Shown piece by piece: positions 8,031 to 16,982 of a stretch of 64,000 nt of DNA. The stretch spans positions 124,711-188,710 of the forward strand of contig JAFGCI010000004.1 in the NCBI GenBank assembly GCA_016932735.1, in the 5' to 3' direction. The notes under the pieces are model-generated. The model did not search any database. It had not been told where the DNA came from and saw only the letters and a list, made by a program, of their open reading frames with translations. The stretch is from Candidatus Aenigmatarchaeota archaeon. GTDB taxonomy: Archaea; Aenigmatarchaeota; Aenigmatarchaeia; QMZP01; QMZT01. Each line of letters starts with the position of its first letter. Within the stretch, counting starts at the first letter, position 1. The translations under genes were made by a program, and so were the position numbers.

Positions 8031-10661
8031 ATGAAAAAATATGTATACCTTTTTGACGAGACAAAGGCAAGTGATGAAACAGTTATACTTCTTGGTAACA
8101 AAGGAGCTCAATTAGCTGAGATGACAAGTATAGGTCTTCCGGTCCCACCGGGTTTCACGATTACAACAGAGGCTTGTAACGAATTTTATAAAAACGATAA
8201 GAATTGGCCAGGTAATCTGAAAGAGCAGGTGCAAGAACAGCTTGCAAAAGTTGAGAAAAAAATGGGAAAGAAATTTGGTGATAGCGAAAATCCATTATTA
8301 TTCTCTGTAAGAAGCGGTTCTTATGTATCGATGCCCGGAATGATGGATACAGTTCTTAATCTGGGTTTAAACGATCAGACGGTAAAAGGACTAGCAAAGC
8401 AATCTGGAAACGAGAGGGGTGCATATGATTCTTACAGAAGATTCCTTCAAATGTTCGGTGATGTAGTTCTTGGTGTAGAACACTCGAAATTTGAAGGCGC
8501 ACTTTCGACACTTAAAGAAACGAGAGGAGTGGAATTTGATACTGATTTATCAGCAGACGATTTGAAAGAACTCATTGAAACTTATAAAGAGATTATAAAA
8601 AAAGAAACTGGAGATTTCCCAAACAGTCCTGAAGAGCAACTTGAATTATCAATAAACGCTGTTTTTGAGTCCTGGAATACCGACAGAGCTGTTTCATACA
8701 GAAGGATAAACAGTCTAAGATCCGATGCAGGAACAGGTGTAAATGTTCAGGTAATGGTCTTTGGGAACTTTGGAAATGATTGTGGAACAGGAGTAGGTTT
8801 CACAAGAAACCCAGCAACAGGAAAGAAAGAGCATTATGGTGAATACCTGATAAACGCCCAGGGTGAAGATGTTGTTGCAGGTCTTCGAACTCCACAACCC
8901 ATTGATACTCTGAAGAAAGTGATGCCAGAAGCATACGAAGAATTAGTTAAAATTTATGACAAGCTCGAGAAGCATTACAAAGATATGCAGGATTTTGAAT
9001 TCACAATAGAAAAAGAAAAACTTTACATGCTCCAAACAAGGAAAGGAAAAAGAACGGCTCCTGCAGCTCTTAAAATTGCTGTTGATATGTTTAATGAAGG
9101 ATTAATTGATAAAAAAACAGCAGTTATGAGAATAGATCCAAACTCGCTCAACCAATTACTTCATAAAAGACTGGATACGATAGCAAAGGAAAAAATGATT
9201 GAGGAGGGAGCTCTTCTTGCAAAAGGTCTTCCGGCTTCGCCCGGAGCTGCTGTGGGAACTGTTGTATTCACGGCAGAAAAAGCGGTAGAACTTGCAGAAA
9301 AGGGAGATAAAGTAGTTCTTGTAAGAATGGAAACCTCTCCTGAAGATATAGAAGGTATGCACGTAGCACAGGGTATTCTTACAGCCAGAGGCGGTATGAC
9401 ATCTCATGCAGCTGTTGTTGCAAGAGGCATGGGCACATGCTGTGTTGCAGGTTGCGCTGATATCTCAGTTAACGAGGAAGAAGGATTCTTCAAAGCAGGC
9501 GGCATAACTATAAAAGAAGGTGAATATATAACACTTGACGGAAGCACAGGAGAAGTCATGAAAGGACAGATACCTACAGTGGAACCTGATATAAGCGGCG
9601 ATTTCGGGAAGCTAATGTCATGGGCAGACGAATTCAGGAAACTGTCCGTAAAAACAAATGCAGATACACCGAAAGATGCACAGAAGGCAAAGGATTTCGG
9701 GGCAGAAGGAATAGGCCTCTGCAGAACTGAGCATATGTTCTTTGAAGGAGACAGGATAAAGGCTGTCAGAGAGATGATTCTGGCAAAGACAGAGGAAGGG
9801 CGTCATAAAGCACTTGCAAAATTAGAGCCTTATCAGCAGGAGGACTTTGAAGGCCTCTTCAGGGTTATGGACGGACTTCCTGTCATCATCAGACTTCTGG
9901 ATCCGCCACTTCACGAATTTCTTCCAAAAGAAGCCGAAGATATTGAAGCCCTTTCAAAAGAAATGGAAATTTCAGTACAGGAAATTAAAGACCTTATAGA
10001 AGACCTCCATGAATTCAACCCGATGCTTGGCTTCAGAGGATGCAGACTTGGTGTCCAGTATCCCGAAATAAATGCAATGCAGACACGTGCTATCCTGAAA
10101 GCGGCAATAAAAGTCAAAGGCGAGGGCAAGAACCCGATGCCATGGATAGAAATTCCTTTAGTCGGCCATGTAAAGGAAGTCGAGCTAATCAAGGGAATAA
10201 TCGAGAAAGAAGCCGAGATGCTTGGCGCAAAAGGAAAGATAAAGTACAAGATAGGAACAATGATTGAAGTCCCCAGAGCCGCAATAACAGCAGATGAAAT
10301 AGCGGATAAGGTGGAATTCATGTCTTTCGGAACCAACGACCTCACGCAAATGGGCTGCGGGTTCTCCAGAGACGATTCCGGTAAATTCCTGAAAAAATAT
10401 GTTGAATACGGTATATATGAGAAAGACCCGTTCCAGTCAATCGACCAGGAAGGAATCGGAAAACTCATGAAAATCTGCATCGAACATTCGAGAAAAAAGA
10501 ACCCGAAAATCCATATTGGAATCTGTGGAGAGCACGGAGGCGAGCCCGAATCGGTGAAATTCTGTCATAAATCAGGGCTTAACGAGGTAAGTTGTTCGCC
10601 ATTCAGGGTTCCGATAGCAAGGCTTGCGGCCGCGCAGGCGGCAATAGAGGATAAAAAATAA
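8031..10661 (+). CDS. ppdK: Pyruvate, phosphate dikinase
   Basis: 876 aa. N-terminal ATP-grasp domain, phospho-histidine swivel domain (GGMTSHAAVVARGMG), C-terminal PEP-utilising TIM barrel (GLCRTEHMF...FSFGTNDLTQ...CGE). The length and order are typical of PPDK rather than PEP synthase. Confidence 0.9.
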   Translation: MKKYVYLFDETKASDETVILLGNKGAQLAEMTSIGLPVPPGFTITTEACNEFYKNDKNWPGNLKEQVQEQLAKVEKKMGKKFGDSENPLLFSVRSGSYVSMPGMMDTVLNLGLNDQTVKGLAKQSGNERGAYDSYRRFLQMFGDVVLGVEHSKFEGALSTLKETRGVEFDTDLSADDLKELIETYKEIIKKETGDFPNSPEEQLELSINAVFESWNTDRAVSYRRINSLRSDAGTGVNVQVMVFGNFGNDCGTGVGFTRNPATGKKEHYGEYLINAQGEDVVAGLRTPQPIDTLKKVMPEAYEELVKIYDKLEKHYKDMQDFEFTIEKEKLYMLQTRKGKRTAPAALKIAVDMFNEGLIDKKTAVMRIDPNSLNQLLHKRLDTIAKEKMIEEGALLAKGLPASPGAAVGTVVFTAEKAVELAEKGDKVVLVRMETSPEDIEGMHVAQGILTARGGMTSHAAVVARGMGTCCVAGCADISVNEEEGFFKAGGITIKEGEYITLDGSTGEVMKGQIPTVEPDISGDFGKLMSWADEFRKLSVKTNADTPKDAQKAKDFGAEGIGLCRTEHMFFEGDRIKAVREMILAKTEEGRHKALAKLEPYQQEDFEGLFRVMDGLPVIIRLLDPPLHEFLPKEAEDIEALSKEMEISVQEIKDLIEDLHEFNPMLGFRGCRLGVQYPEINAMQTRAILKAAIKVKGEGKNPMPWIEIPLVGHVKEVELIKGIIEKEAEMLGAKGKIKYKIGTMIEVPRAAITADEIADKVEFMSFGTNDLTQMGCGFSRDDSGKFLKKYVEYGIYEKDPFQSIDQEGIGKLMKICIEHSRKKNPKIHIGICGEHGGEPESVKFCHKSGLNEVSCSPFRVPIARLAAAQAAIEDKK

Positions 10662-10713
10662 CTCCTTACTTTTTCTTTTAATTAAATTCATTTGTTGGAC
10701 GGAAAAGTATAAA

Positions 10714-11289
10714 ATGCACAGATTCATCTATAAATCAGGTAATAATATGGTTAAGGTAAGAGAGGTCATGAAGAAACACGTCATAACAGCGGACCTCGAT
10801 ACAAACATGTATGTAATATCAAAAACAATGACAAACAACAGGATAGGATCTGTCATTTTTCTGAGAGACGGCAGTCCAGTTGACATTGTAACTACAGACG
10901 ATATAGTAAGCATGGTCGCCTCCGGAAGGGACCCAAAAAAGACAAAAATAAAGGATATAAGAAAAAAGAGAAAGGAATTGATAACAGTCTCTCCGGAAGA
11001 TAATATACTTGCAATTGCCAAGAAAATGATAAAACTTGGTGTGAAAAGATTCCCCGTCGTTGAAAAGAGAAAACTTGTCGGAATTATTTCTGAGAAAGAA
11101 ATTCTAATTGTTTCTCCTGAACTTATAGAAATCCTCTCTGAAAAACTAAAAGAAAAAGTGGAATCCGTTCCGGATTTTGACAGCACGGAAATGTCGGGCT
11201 TATGCGAATTCTGCGAGCAGTATTCTGACGAACTGCAGAACATTAACGGAAGGTGGATTTGTCCTGAATGCAGGAACGGGAATAATTAA
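10714..11289 (+). CDS. CBS-pair domain protein with a C-terminal zinc-ribbon
   Basis: Two CBS-like segments (VREVMKKHVITADLDTNMYVISKTM...; ITVSPEDNILAIAKKMIKLGVKRFPVVEKRKLVGIISEKEI). C-terminal CEFCEQ...WICPECRNG forms a Cys4 ribbon. The true start may be the internal Met at about 10747. Confidence 0.55.
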   Translation: MHRFIYKSGNNMVKVREVMKKHVITADLDTNMYVISKTMTNNRIGSVIFLRDGSPVDIVTTDDIVSMVASGRDPKKTKIKDIRKKRKELITVSPEDNILAIAKKMIKLGVKRFPVVEKRKLVGIISEKEILIVSPELIEILSEKLKEKVESVPDFDSTEMSGLCEFCEQYSDELQNINGRWICPECRNGNN

Positions 11290-11306
11290 TAAAGAAGTCT
11301 AATTAA

Positions 11307-14015
11307 TTGTTAAAAATGTCGAAGCCGTTGATTTTATCTGCATTTATTATATTTTTCCTATTAAACCTTAATCCGGTTTCCTCATCAAATTATACCGTTT
11401 CATGTCCTTCTTATTTCAGTGAAGGGAATCCTCAGATAATATCAGTGAACGTGACTGACATAGAGGCCGATTTCGAAGGCGCCCTGACAGTCTTTCTGGA
11501 AGTTAATGGAACTGATTACGGGCTTATATTCGATGAAAATGAATGGAAGGATTTTTTAAAATATCCAATTCTAATGGAAGGGCAAAGCGATTCAGGAATC
11601 TATTCAGATATTATTTTCAAAGCTAACAGCCTCCCTGAAAATTTCACCGGCGGATTTCTGAAGATAGTTATGAAGAACGAAAATGGCTCCGAGACGGAAA
11701 TATACAATAATAATGTCACAATTTTCAAAGAGATTGATGGCAGTTATCTGGAATTTTTCTACGAAACGGGGAACAGAAGTTTCATAGAAATCAGAGACGT
11801 TTCTGGCATCAGACACAGATATAATCCGGAACAACATGAAAAGAAAAACACAAAAAATGATATTTATTATAAATTTCCTTTATTCGGGGGGAGTGATATC
11901 ATCGTTTTTTATTTCTGTCATGGCATAATTCTGAATAGCAGTTTTAATGTTTCTAATAATGAAACCGTTAGAATAGGCAATATTTTTGACATGAAAATTG
12001 AATCAATCATTGACGAAAAAATATTTCCGAAAATTAAATATGATAATATCTTTAAAATAACCAACAATGACCACAGGACCGGAGAAAGGGAAAATATAGA
12101 AGTTCTTGTTTCGTATTCAGTAAGAGACCTGAACAGCGGCGGAATGCAATATTTTAATTTCACAAAAGATGGTATAAATTCATATTCTTCAACGGGAACC
12201 GGTGAACTGACTCTGGATAAAGGGGAATATGAAATCTGCGGCGATATAGAAAGTATAAAATCAAACGACTTAAAGGCTGTTGACCCATTTCTGGAAAATA
12301 ATATCGCCTGCAGAAACATTACAGTAAAATTTGATAAAATTAACGCTTCCTGCAACCCCTCTATATATTTGAATCTGGAGCCAAAATATAGGGAAAAGAA
12401 GAATGATATTTTAATTACAATAGTCAACTTCTCCGAAGGTGAATATTTAATAAAAATTATTTCGAAAAATATTTTTTCAAATAATTCCGAAGAAAAATAT
12501 TTTCTGGCTTCAGAAAATGAAACCATTTTTGAGATAGATTTTCCCGACTATGCTATTTTTGATGTTTCCGCAGAAATTCTAGAATCAAGTTGTTCAAACA
12601 CAAATTTATCTGATAATTCGATTTCAAAACAAACAGCAGTTATAGAAGATGAAGATTTCGGCATAGAGACATATACCGAAAACATGACATATGAAATCGG
12701 AGACATTTTATATTTTCCTGTTTTCATCTACAACGGACTTAGTGTTGTAAATGAACTGGAAATTGAGACATCCATCAAAAGATATATGGGAGATGAATGG
12801 GAGGAAATCGATATATTAAATTTAACAACAATAACTCTGGAACGGTTTGATTACTCGTGGTCTTTCTATGAATTTCCGGTTGGAAATGAAAGCATCTCAG
12901 GTTATTATAAAATTCAGGCGAGGGCAGAAATAAACGGAACCTTCCGTTACTCCTATTCATATTTCAACATAAACGGAATACCTGATATGGGCGAAGAAAA
13001 TCTTTCAATATTAATCAATCCCGATTCTCTCAGGTTTGGCGATATAGAGTCCGTTCTGATTGATTTCTATTCCGGCAACCGGCACGACATTGAACCTGTT
13101 TTTGTTGTCTACATAAACAAATTCATAGACGAGGACAAAACCAAATACGCCGCTGTCGATTTCGATCTCTCTTCTCTGCAATCCAAAATATACGAATCGA
13201 TGGCATCCGTTAAAATGAAAATAGAGAGAGGAAAACATTATTTTATAGCTCTCCCGCTTTTCGTAAATCCTAATTGTGATGATAATTATAGACAGGGCTA
13301 TTACAGGGGAGTTGTGAGAGCATATCTATCCGAAAACAGGAACAAATACGAATCAATCGATTTTGTAATAGAGCTAAAGGAAGGCAGCGGGAAACTGTGC
13401 CCGAAATCTTCATCAAAATCCTCGGCTCCTGCTTCTGTTATTCTTGAAGTCCCCGAACAGGTTAAAAAAGATATAAAATATCCTGGAATCGTTCATCCGG
13501 GAGAAGAATTCGAGGTAGAGGTTGATTTAAAAAATACGAATTCCTTTAAGCAGACCGTGGAGATTTATTCATATGTTTATGAAGGCAGCAAACTCCTTTC
13601 CTACGGATTATCTGAAGACGGCTGGGGAAAGGCATGGACATCAAATAAGATCACAGCTGAAATCCCTCAGGGGAGCGGGAAAACGGTTAAGCTGAAAAAC
13701 ATGATAAAGGAAGAAACCGCTCCGGGAAAATACAATCTGCGTGTAAGAAAGCTAATAAATGGTAAGAAAGAGGATATTGACGGAGAAATAACCGTAGTCG
13801 AAAAAGAGGAGGAAGAGTTAGAGAATCAGGATTTTGGTAACGAAACCGACAAAAAACCGGACATAAAGGCTTTGGATGAAATTAATAATCAATCCCATTT
13901 AAATTTAAAAGAAGAACCAGAATATAATGGAATACCTACAGGAGCAATTGTAGGAAGGCAATTCGATGTCAAGATAATAAATATAATAATTGTGCTCCTT
14001 AGGTTGTTTATCTGA
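11307..14015 (+). CDS. Large secreted or surface-anchored hypothetical protein (N-terminal signal peptide, C-terminal transmembrane anchor, many N-glycosylation sequons)
   Basis: 902 aa. N-terminus MLKMSKPLILSAFIIFFLLNLNPVSSS is signal-peptide-like. The C-terminus IVGRQFDVKIINIIIVLLRLFI is hydrophobic. N-x-S/T sequons are frequent. No recognisable catalytic motif. Confidence 0.5.
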   Translation: MLKMSKPLILSAFIIFFLLNLNPVSSSNYTVSCPSYFSEGNPQIISVNVTDIEADFEGALTVFLEVNGTDYGLIFDENEWKDFLKYPILMEGQSDSGIYSDIIFKANSLPENFTGGFLKIVMKNENGSETEIYNNNVTIFKEIDGSYLEFFYETGNRSFIEIRDVSGIRHRYNPEQHEKKNTKNDIYYKFPLFGGSDIIVFYFCHGIILNSSFNVSNNETVRIGNIFDMKIESIIDEKIFPKIKYDNIFKITNNDHRTGERENIEVLVSYSVRDLNSGGMQYFNFTKDGINSYSSTGTGELTLDKGEYEICGDIESIKSNDLKAVDPFLENNIACRNITVKFDKINASCNPSIYLNLEPKYREKKNDILITIVNFSEGEYLIKIISKNIFSNNSEEKYFLASENETIFEIDFPDYAIFDVSAEILESSCSNTNLSDNSISKQTAVIEDEDFGIETYTENMTYEIGDILYFPVFIYNGLSVVNELEIETSIKRYMGDEWEEIDILNLTTITLERFDYSWSFYEFPVGNESISGYYKIQARAEINGTFRYSYSYFNINGIPDMGEENLSILINPDSLRFGDIESVLIDFYSGNRHDIEPVFVVYINKFIDEDKTKYAAVDFDLSSLQSKIYESMASVKMKIERGKHYFIALPLFVNPNCDDNYRQGYYRGVVRAYLSENRNKYESIDFVIELKEGSGKLCPKSSSKSSAPASVILEVPEQVKKDIKYPGIVHPGEEFEVEVDLKNTNSFKQTVEIYSYVYEGSKLLSYGLSEDGWGKAWTSNKITAEIPQGSGKTVKLKNMIKEETAPGKYNLRVRKLINGKKEDIDGEITVVEKEEEELENQDFGNETDKKPDIKALDEINNQSHLNLKEEPEYNGIPTGAIVGRQFDVKIINIIIVLLRLFI

Positions 14016-14016
14016 T

Positions 14017-14191
14017 GGGCCCGTAGCTCAGTTTGGAAGTCACACTATGCAGGAAACCGCGATGACCGACATTAGAGCACTTGCCTCCTAAGCAAGGGGT
14101 CGAGGGTTCAAAAATTGGAACCAGTTGCCTCCGGCAACATGAAACACGAATTGAAGTGTGTTGGTTCGGGTTGAAGTTCCCTCCGGGTCCG
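14017..14191 (+). tRNA. tRNA-Arg (anticodon CCU) interrupted by two apparent non-canonical introns, one in the D-loop and one in the T-loop
   Basis: Acceptor 5' strand GGGCCCG (14017-14023) pairs with CGGGTCC (14184-14190), followed by discriminator G14191. D-stem GCTC (14026-14029) / GAGC (14075-14078), with ~36 nt inserted in the D-loop. Anticodon stem CTTGC (14080-14084) / GCAAG (14092-14096) is perfect, with loop CUCCUAA. T-stem GAGGG (14102-14106) / CCCTC (14179-14183) has ~65 nt inserted after the TTCAAA of the T-loop. That insert contains a perfect hairpin GTTGCC-TCC-GGCAAC. Confidence 0.55.
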
Positions 14192-14236
14192 CTATATTTT
14201 CAGGCTCAATAAAGGTTTATATCATTTTAAATACAA

Positions 14237-15004
14237 ATGATACATATGGGAAGGGTAATAGCTGTTGCTTCTGGAAAGGGCGGAGTCGGAAAGACTACTT
14301 TGGTTTCCAATCTTTCAGCATCACTGGCCCGCTATGGCCAGTCTGTAATAGCAGTCGATGCAAATATAACCACTTCAAATCTGGGCATACATCTTGGAGT
14401 CTCACTTTTTCCTGTAACTCTTCATGATATTCTAGACGGAGTAGCTGATGTTAATGATGCGCTATTCCATCATGAACATGGATTTAGAATAGTCCCGGGA
14501 GACATTTCAATAAGGAAACTGAAAAGCTTCAACAAGCGAACAGTAGGCAATACACTCTACAAGCTTTCAGATAAAGCCGATTTCGTTCTCATAGATACAG
14601 CTGCAGGCCTCGGCAAAGAGGCGACGGAGTTTATCAGGGCGGCCGACGAGCTTATAACCGTTACAAATCCAAACCTTCCGGCTGTAACCGATGCATTGAA
14701 GCTGAATGCAATAGCGAAGAGCCATGACACTGTTCCTATTGGGGTCATAATTAACAGGATAATGAACCATCCATCGGAGATGCCTGCGCATGAGATAAGC
14801 GATTTCCTCAGCCTGCCTATCCTTGGGAAGATACCTGAAGATAAGACGGTTCATAAGTCTGTAGCGGCAAAAACGCCAGTAATAGCATACGCACCCAAAT
14901 CACCTGCCGCACAGCACATGAGGTCAATTGCAGCATATCTTATCGGAGAAGAGTTCATACCGCGAAGATCTCTGGGCCATACATTTTTTGGCTGGATGAA
15001 GTAA
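14237..15004 (+). CDS. MinD/ParA-family P-loop ATPase
   Basis: 255 aa with a deviant Walker A motif VIAVASGKGGVGKTT and Walker B VLIDTAAGL. Typical of the MinD/Mrp/ParA family. Confidence 0.8.
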   Translation: MIHMGRVIAVASGKGGVGKTTLVSNLSASLARYGQSVIAVDANITTSNLGIHLGVSLFPVTLHDILDGVADVNDALFHHEHGFRIVPGDISIRKLKSFNKRTVGNTLYKLSDKADFVLIDTAAGLGKEATEFIRAADELITVTNPNLPAVTDALKLNAIAKSHDTVPIGVIINRIMNHPSEMPAHEISDFLSLPILGKIPEDKTVHKSVAAKTPVIAYAPKSPAAQHMRSIAAYLIGEEFIPRRSLGHTFFGWMK

Positions 15005-15066
15005 ATTTCGTTTTTCTACAAAAGAAATTGTATAATACTTAAATATATGTACTTCAACTAACAATC

Positions 15067-15735
15067 ATGAATGAACTTGATATCCTAATTTATCTGGGAA
15101 AGATGGGAGCCTTTTCAAATCCTATACCGGTTACTACATCAAGAATAGGAGCAGATCTGGAAGAATCCCAGCAGAATGTCAGCAGATGGCTAATCAAGAT
15201 GGAAAGGGACGGCCTTATCTATCGCAATGACGGAATAAAGGGATATCTAATACAGATAACACCTGAGGGAGAGAAAACTTTGCAGAGAATTAAGAATGAA
15301 ATAGAAGCCGCCCTTTCAAGAAAGAACAGGATTGTAATGAAAGGAAAACTTGTCACCGGAATCGGCGACGGAAAGTATTATATGTCTCTTCCACAGTATG
15401 CGGGCGGAATCAAAAAAACGTTCGGATTCAATCCATATCCGGGAACAATGAACATGAAGCTTACCGACATGTCCGGCATAAGGCAGAAAGAAAGAATAAC
15501 AGCAAGATGCGGTTTCCGGATTCCCGGATTCGCAGAAGGCAACAGGGTATTCGGAGGCCTGAAATGCTTTCCCTGCAAAATAAACGGAATGGATTGTGTC
15601 CTGACGATACCTGAAAGGAGCCACCACCCATTTGATATAATGGAAATAGTAGCTCCTGTCTCGCTCAGGGAAAAGCTTAAGATAAAAGACGGAGATAACG
15701 TTGAAATAGAGGTAGATCTTAATGAAACTCAATGA
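15067..15735 (+). CDS. ribK: Archaeal CTP-dependent riboflavin kinase with an N-terminal winged-helix (HTH) domain
   Basis: 222 aa. N-terminal HTH (ILIYLGKMGAF...SRIGADLEESQQNVSRWLIKMERDGLI). The C-terminal domain aligns by eye with MJ0056-type riboflavin kinase (GKLVTGIGDGKYYMSLPQY...FNPYPGTMNMKL...MEIVAPVSLREKLKIKDGDNVEIEV). Confidence 0.8.
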   Translation: MNELDILIYLGKMGAFSNPIPVTTSRIGADLEESQQNVSRWLIKMERDGLIYRNDGIKGYLIQITPEGEKTLQRIKNEIEAALSRKNRIVMKGKLVTGIGDGKYYMSLPQYAGGIKKTFGFNPYPGTMNMKLTDMSGIRQKERITARCGFRIPGFAEGNRVFGGLKCFPCKINGMDCVLTIPERSHHPFDIMEIVAPVSLREKLKIKDGDNVEIEVDLNETQ

Positions 15736-16657
15736 TAAACTGACTCCTTTTTTAGGAGCGATTGCTGTCATATTTGCAGCTTCTCTGTGGGGGGTTGACG
15801 GTATAGTACTGACGCCGAATCTTTACCATCTCAATGTCCCCGTTGTTGTCTTCCTTCTCCATTTCGTCGCTTTTCTAATAATGTCAGTTTTCCTGTTCCG
15901 CGAAATACCAAAACTAAAAAATATCAAAAAGAAAGAATGGGTTTCATTCTTCTGGATAGCACTATTTGGCGGAGCTATCGGGACGATGGCAATAACACAG
16001 GCGCTCTTTCTTGTTAATTTCGAGCATTTATCGGCAATCGTGATACTCCAGAAGCTTCAACCTCTTTTTGCAATAACTCTTGCTGCAATACTGCTTAAAG
16101 AGCGCCCGAAAAAAAATTTTTATCTCTGGGCAGCGCTCGCAATTGCCGGGAGCTATTTAATAACATTCGGATTCGCACAGCCGGTATTTGAAGGCAATTT
16201 GCTTTTCACGGCTGCTATTTATTCAGTGCTGGCAGCATTCGCATTCGGCTCATCAACAGTTTTTGGGAAGAAAGTACTCGAGAAAACCGACTTCAAATTA
16301 TCGACCTATGTCAGATTCGGTCTCACATCGCTTATCATGATAATAATCGTCCTCCTCACAGGAAGTCTGGGAGGATTCGCCCAAATTACGATGGATAATA
16401 TGCTGATCATATTTCTGATTGCAATAACGACAGGAGGGACAGCGATATTCATCTATTACTGGGGTCTCAAAAGAATAATGGCATCCAAGGCAACGATATA
16501 CGAACTTGGTTTCCCCGTGACAGCGATAGTGCTCGATTATGCAATCCACGGAAGCTTCATGTCAGCAGGGCAATGGCTCGGAACGATACTTGTAATATTC
16601 TCGATGATAATGATAGTCCGCCTGAGGAAGAATGGCAATAATATTAAGAAAAAATGA
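15722..16657 (+). CDS. EamA/DMT-superfamily permease (about 10 TM helices)
   Basis: 311 aa, hydrophobic throughout, with two repeated five-helix halves. Start overlaps the ribK stop. Confidence 0.55.
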   Translation: MKLNDKLTPFLGAIAVIFAASLWGVDGIVLTPNLYHLNVPVVVFLLHFVAFLIMSVFLFREIPKLKNIKKKEWVSFFWIALFGGAIGTMAITQALFLVNFEHLSAIVILQKLQPLFAITLAAILLKERPKKNFYLWAALAIAGSYLITFGFAQPVFEGNLLFTAAIYSVLAAFAFGSSTVFGKKVLEKTDFKLSTYVRFGLTSLIMIIIVLLTGSLGGFAQITMDNMLIIFLIAITTGGTAIFIYYWGLKRIMASKATIYELGFPVTAIVLDYAIHGSFMSAGQWLGTILVIFSMIMIVRLRKNGNNIKKK

Positions 16658-16669
16658 CAACTATAAAAC

Positions 16670-16978
16670 ATGAAACTCCTTGAGCATATATTCTGCCGGA
16701 AAAACATCGCAAGGAGGAACTTCATAATATTCAGCATACTTCTGAATGGTATTGGACTTGCAGTTGTCCTTTCGTCTCTCGTCTCCCAGAGAAGCACTTA
16801 TTACCTCATCATTTATCTTGTTTCAGGAGCTACCGGATTATTGATAGAAACAGTCGGAACGCATCTTGGCTGTTGGGAATACTACAACAATGACAAGCTG
16901 CCATGGATAAGCTTCTTCGGATGGGGCTCCGCTGTTGCGATAGTTCTTTTGATAATTAATTTTTTCGGGCTGGTTTAG
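16670..16978 (+). CDS. Small hypothetical membrane protein
   Basis: 102 aa with three hydrophobic segments. No recognisable motif. Weak call. Confidence 0.3.
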   Translation: MKLLEHIFCRKNIARRNFIIFSILLNGIGLAVVLSSLVSQRSTYYLIIYLVSGATGLLIETVGTHLGCWEYYNNDKLPWISFFGWGSAVAIVLLIINFFGLV

Positions 16979-16982
16979 GGAA

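Noticed and set aside
9911-10480. Minus-strand 189-aa ORF inside ppdK
   Set aside because: Antisense shadow of a strongly conserved PPDK coding region.
10728-11243. Minus-strand 171-aa ORF
   Set aside because: Antisense to the CBS-domain gene. Ser/Phe-rich low-complexity translation typical of shadow ORFs in AT-rich DNA.
14017-14236. tRNA-adjacent region as an integration site of a mobile element
   Set aside because: No integrase, transposase, or duplicated tRNA 3' segment was found within the window on either side. The flanking genes (minD-like, ribK, pheST) are housekeeping.
14158-14427. Plus-strand 89-aa ORF overlapping the tRNA 3' end and the minD start
   Set aside because: It overlaps a structured RNA and the N-terminus of a conserved P-loop ATPase read in another frame.
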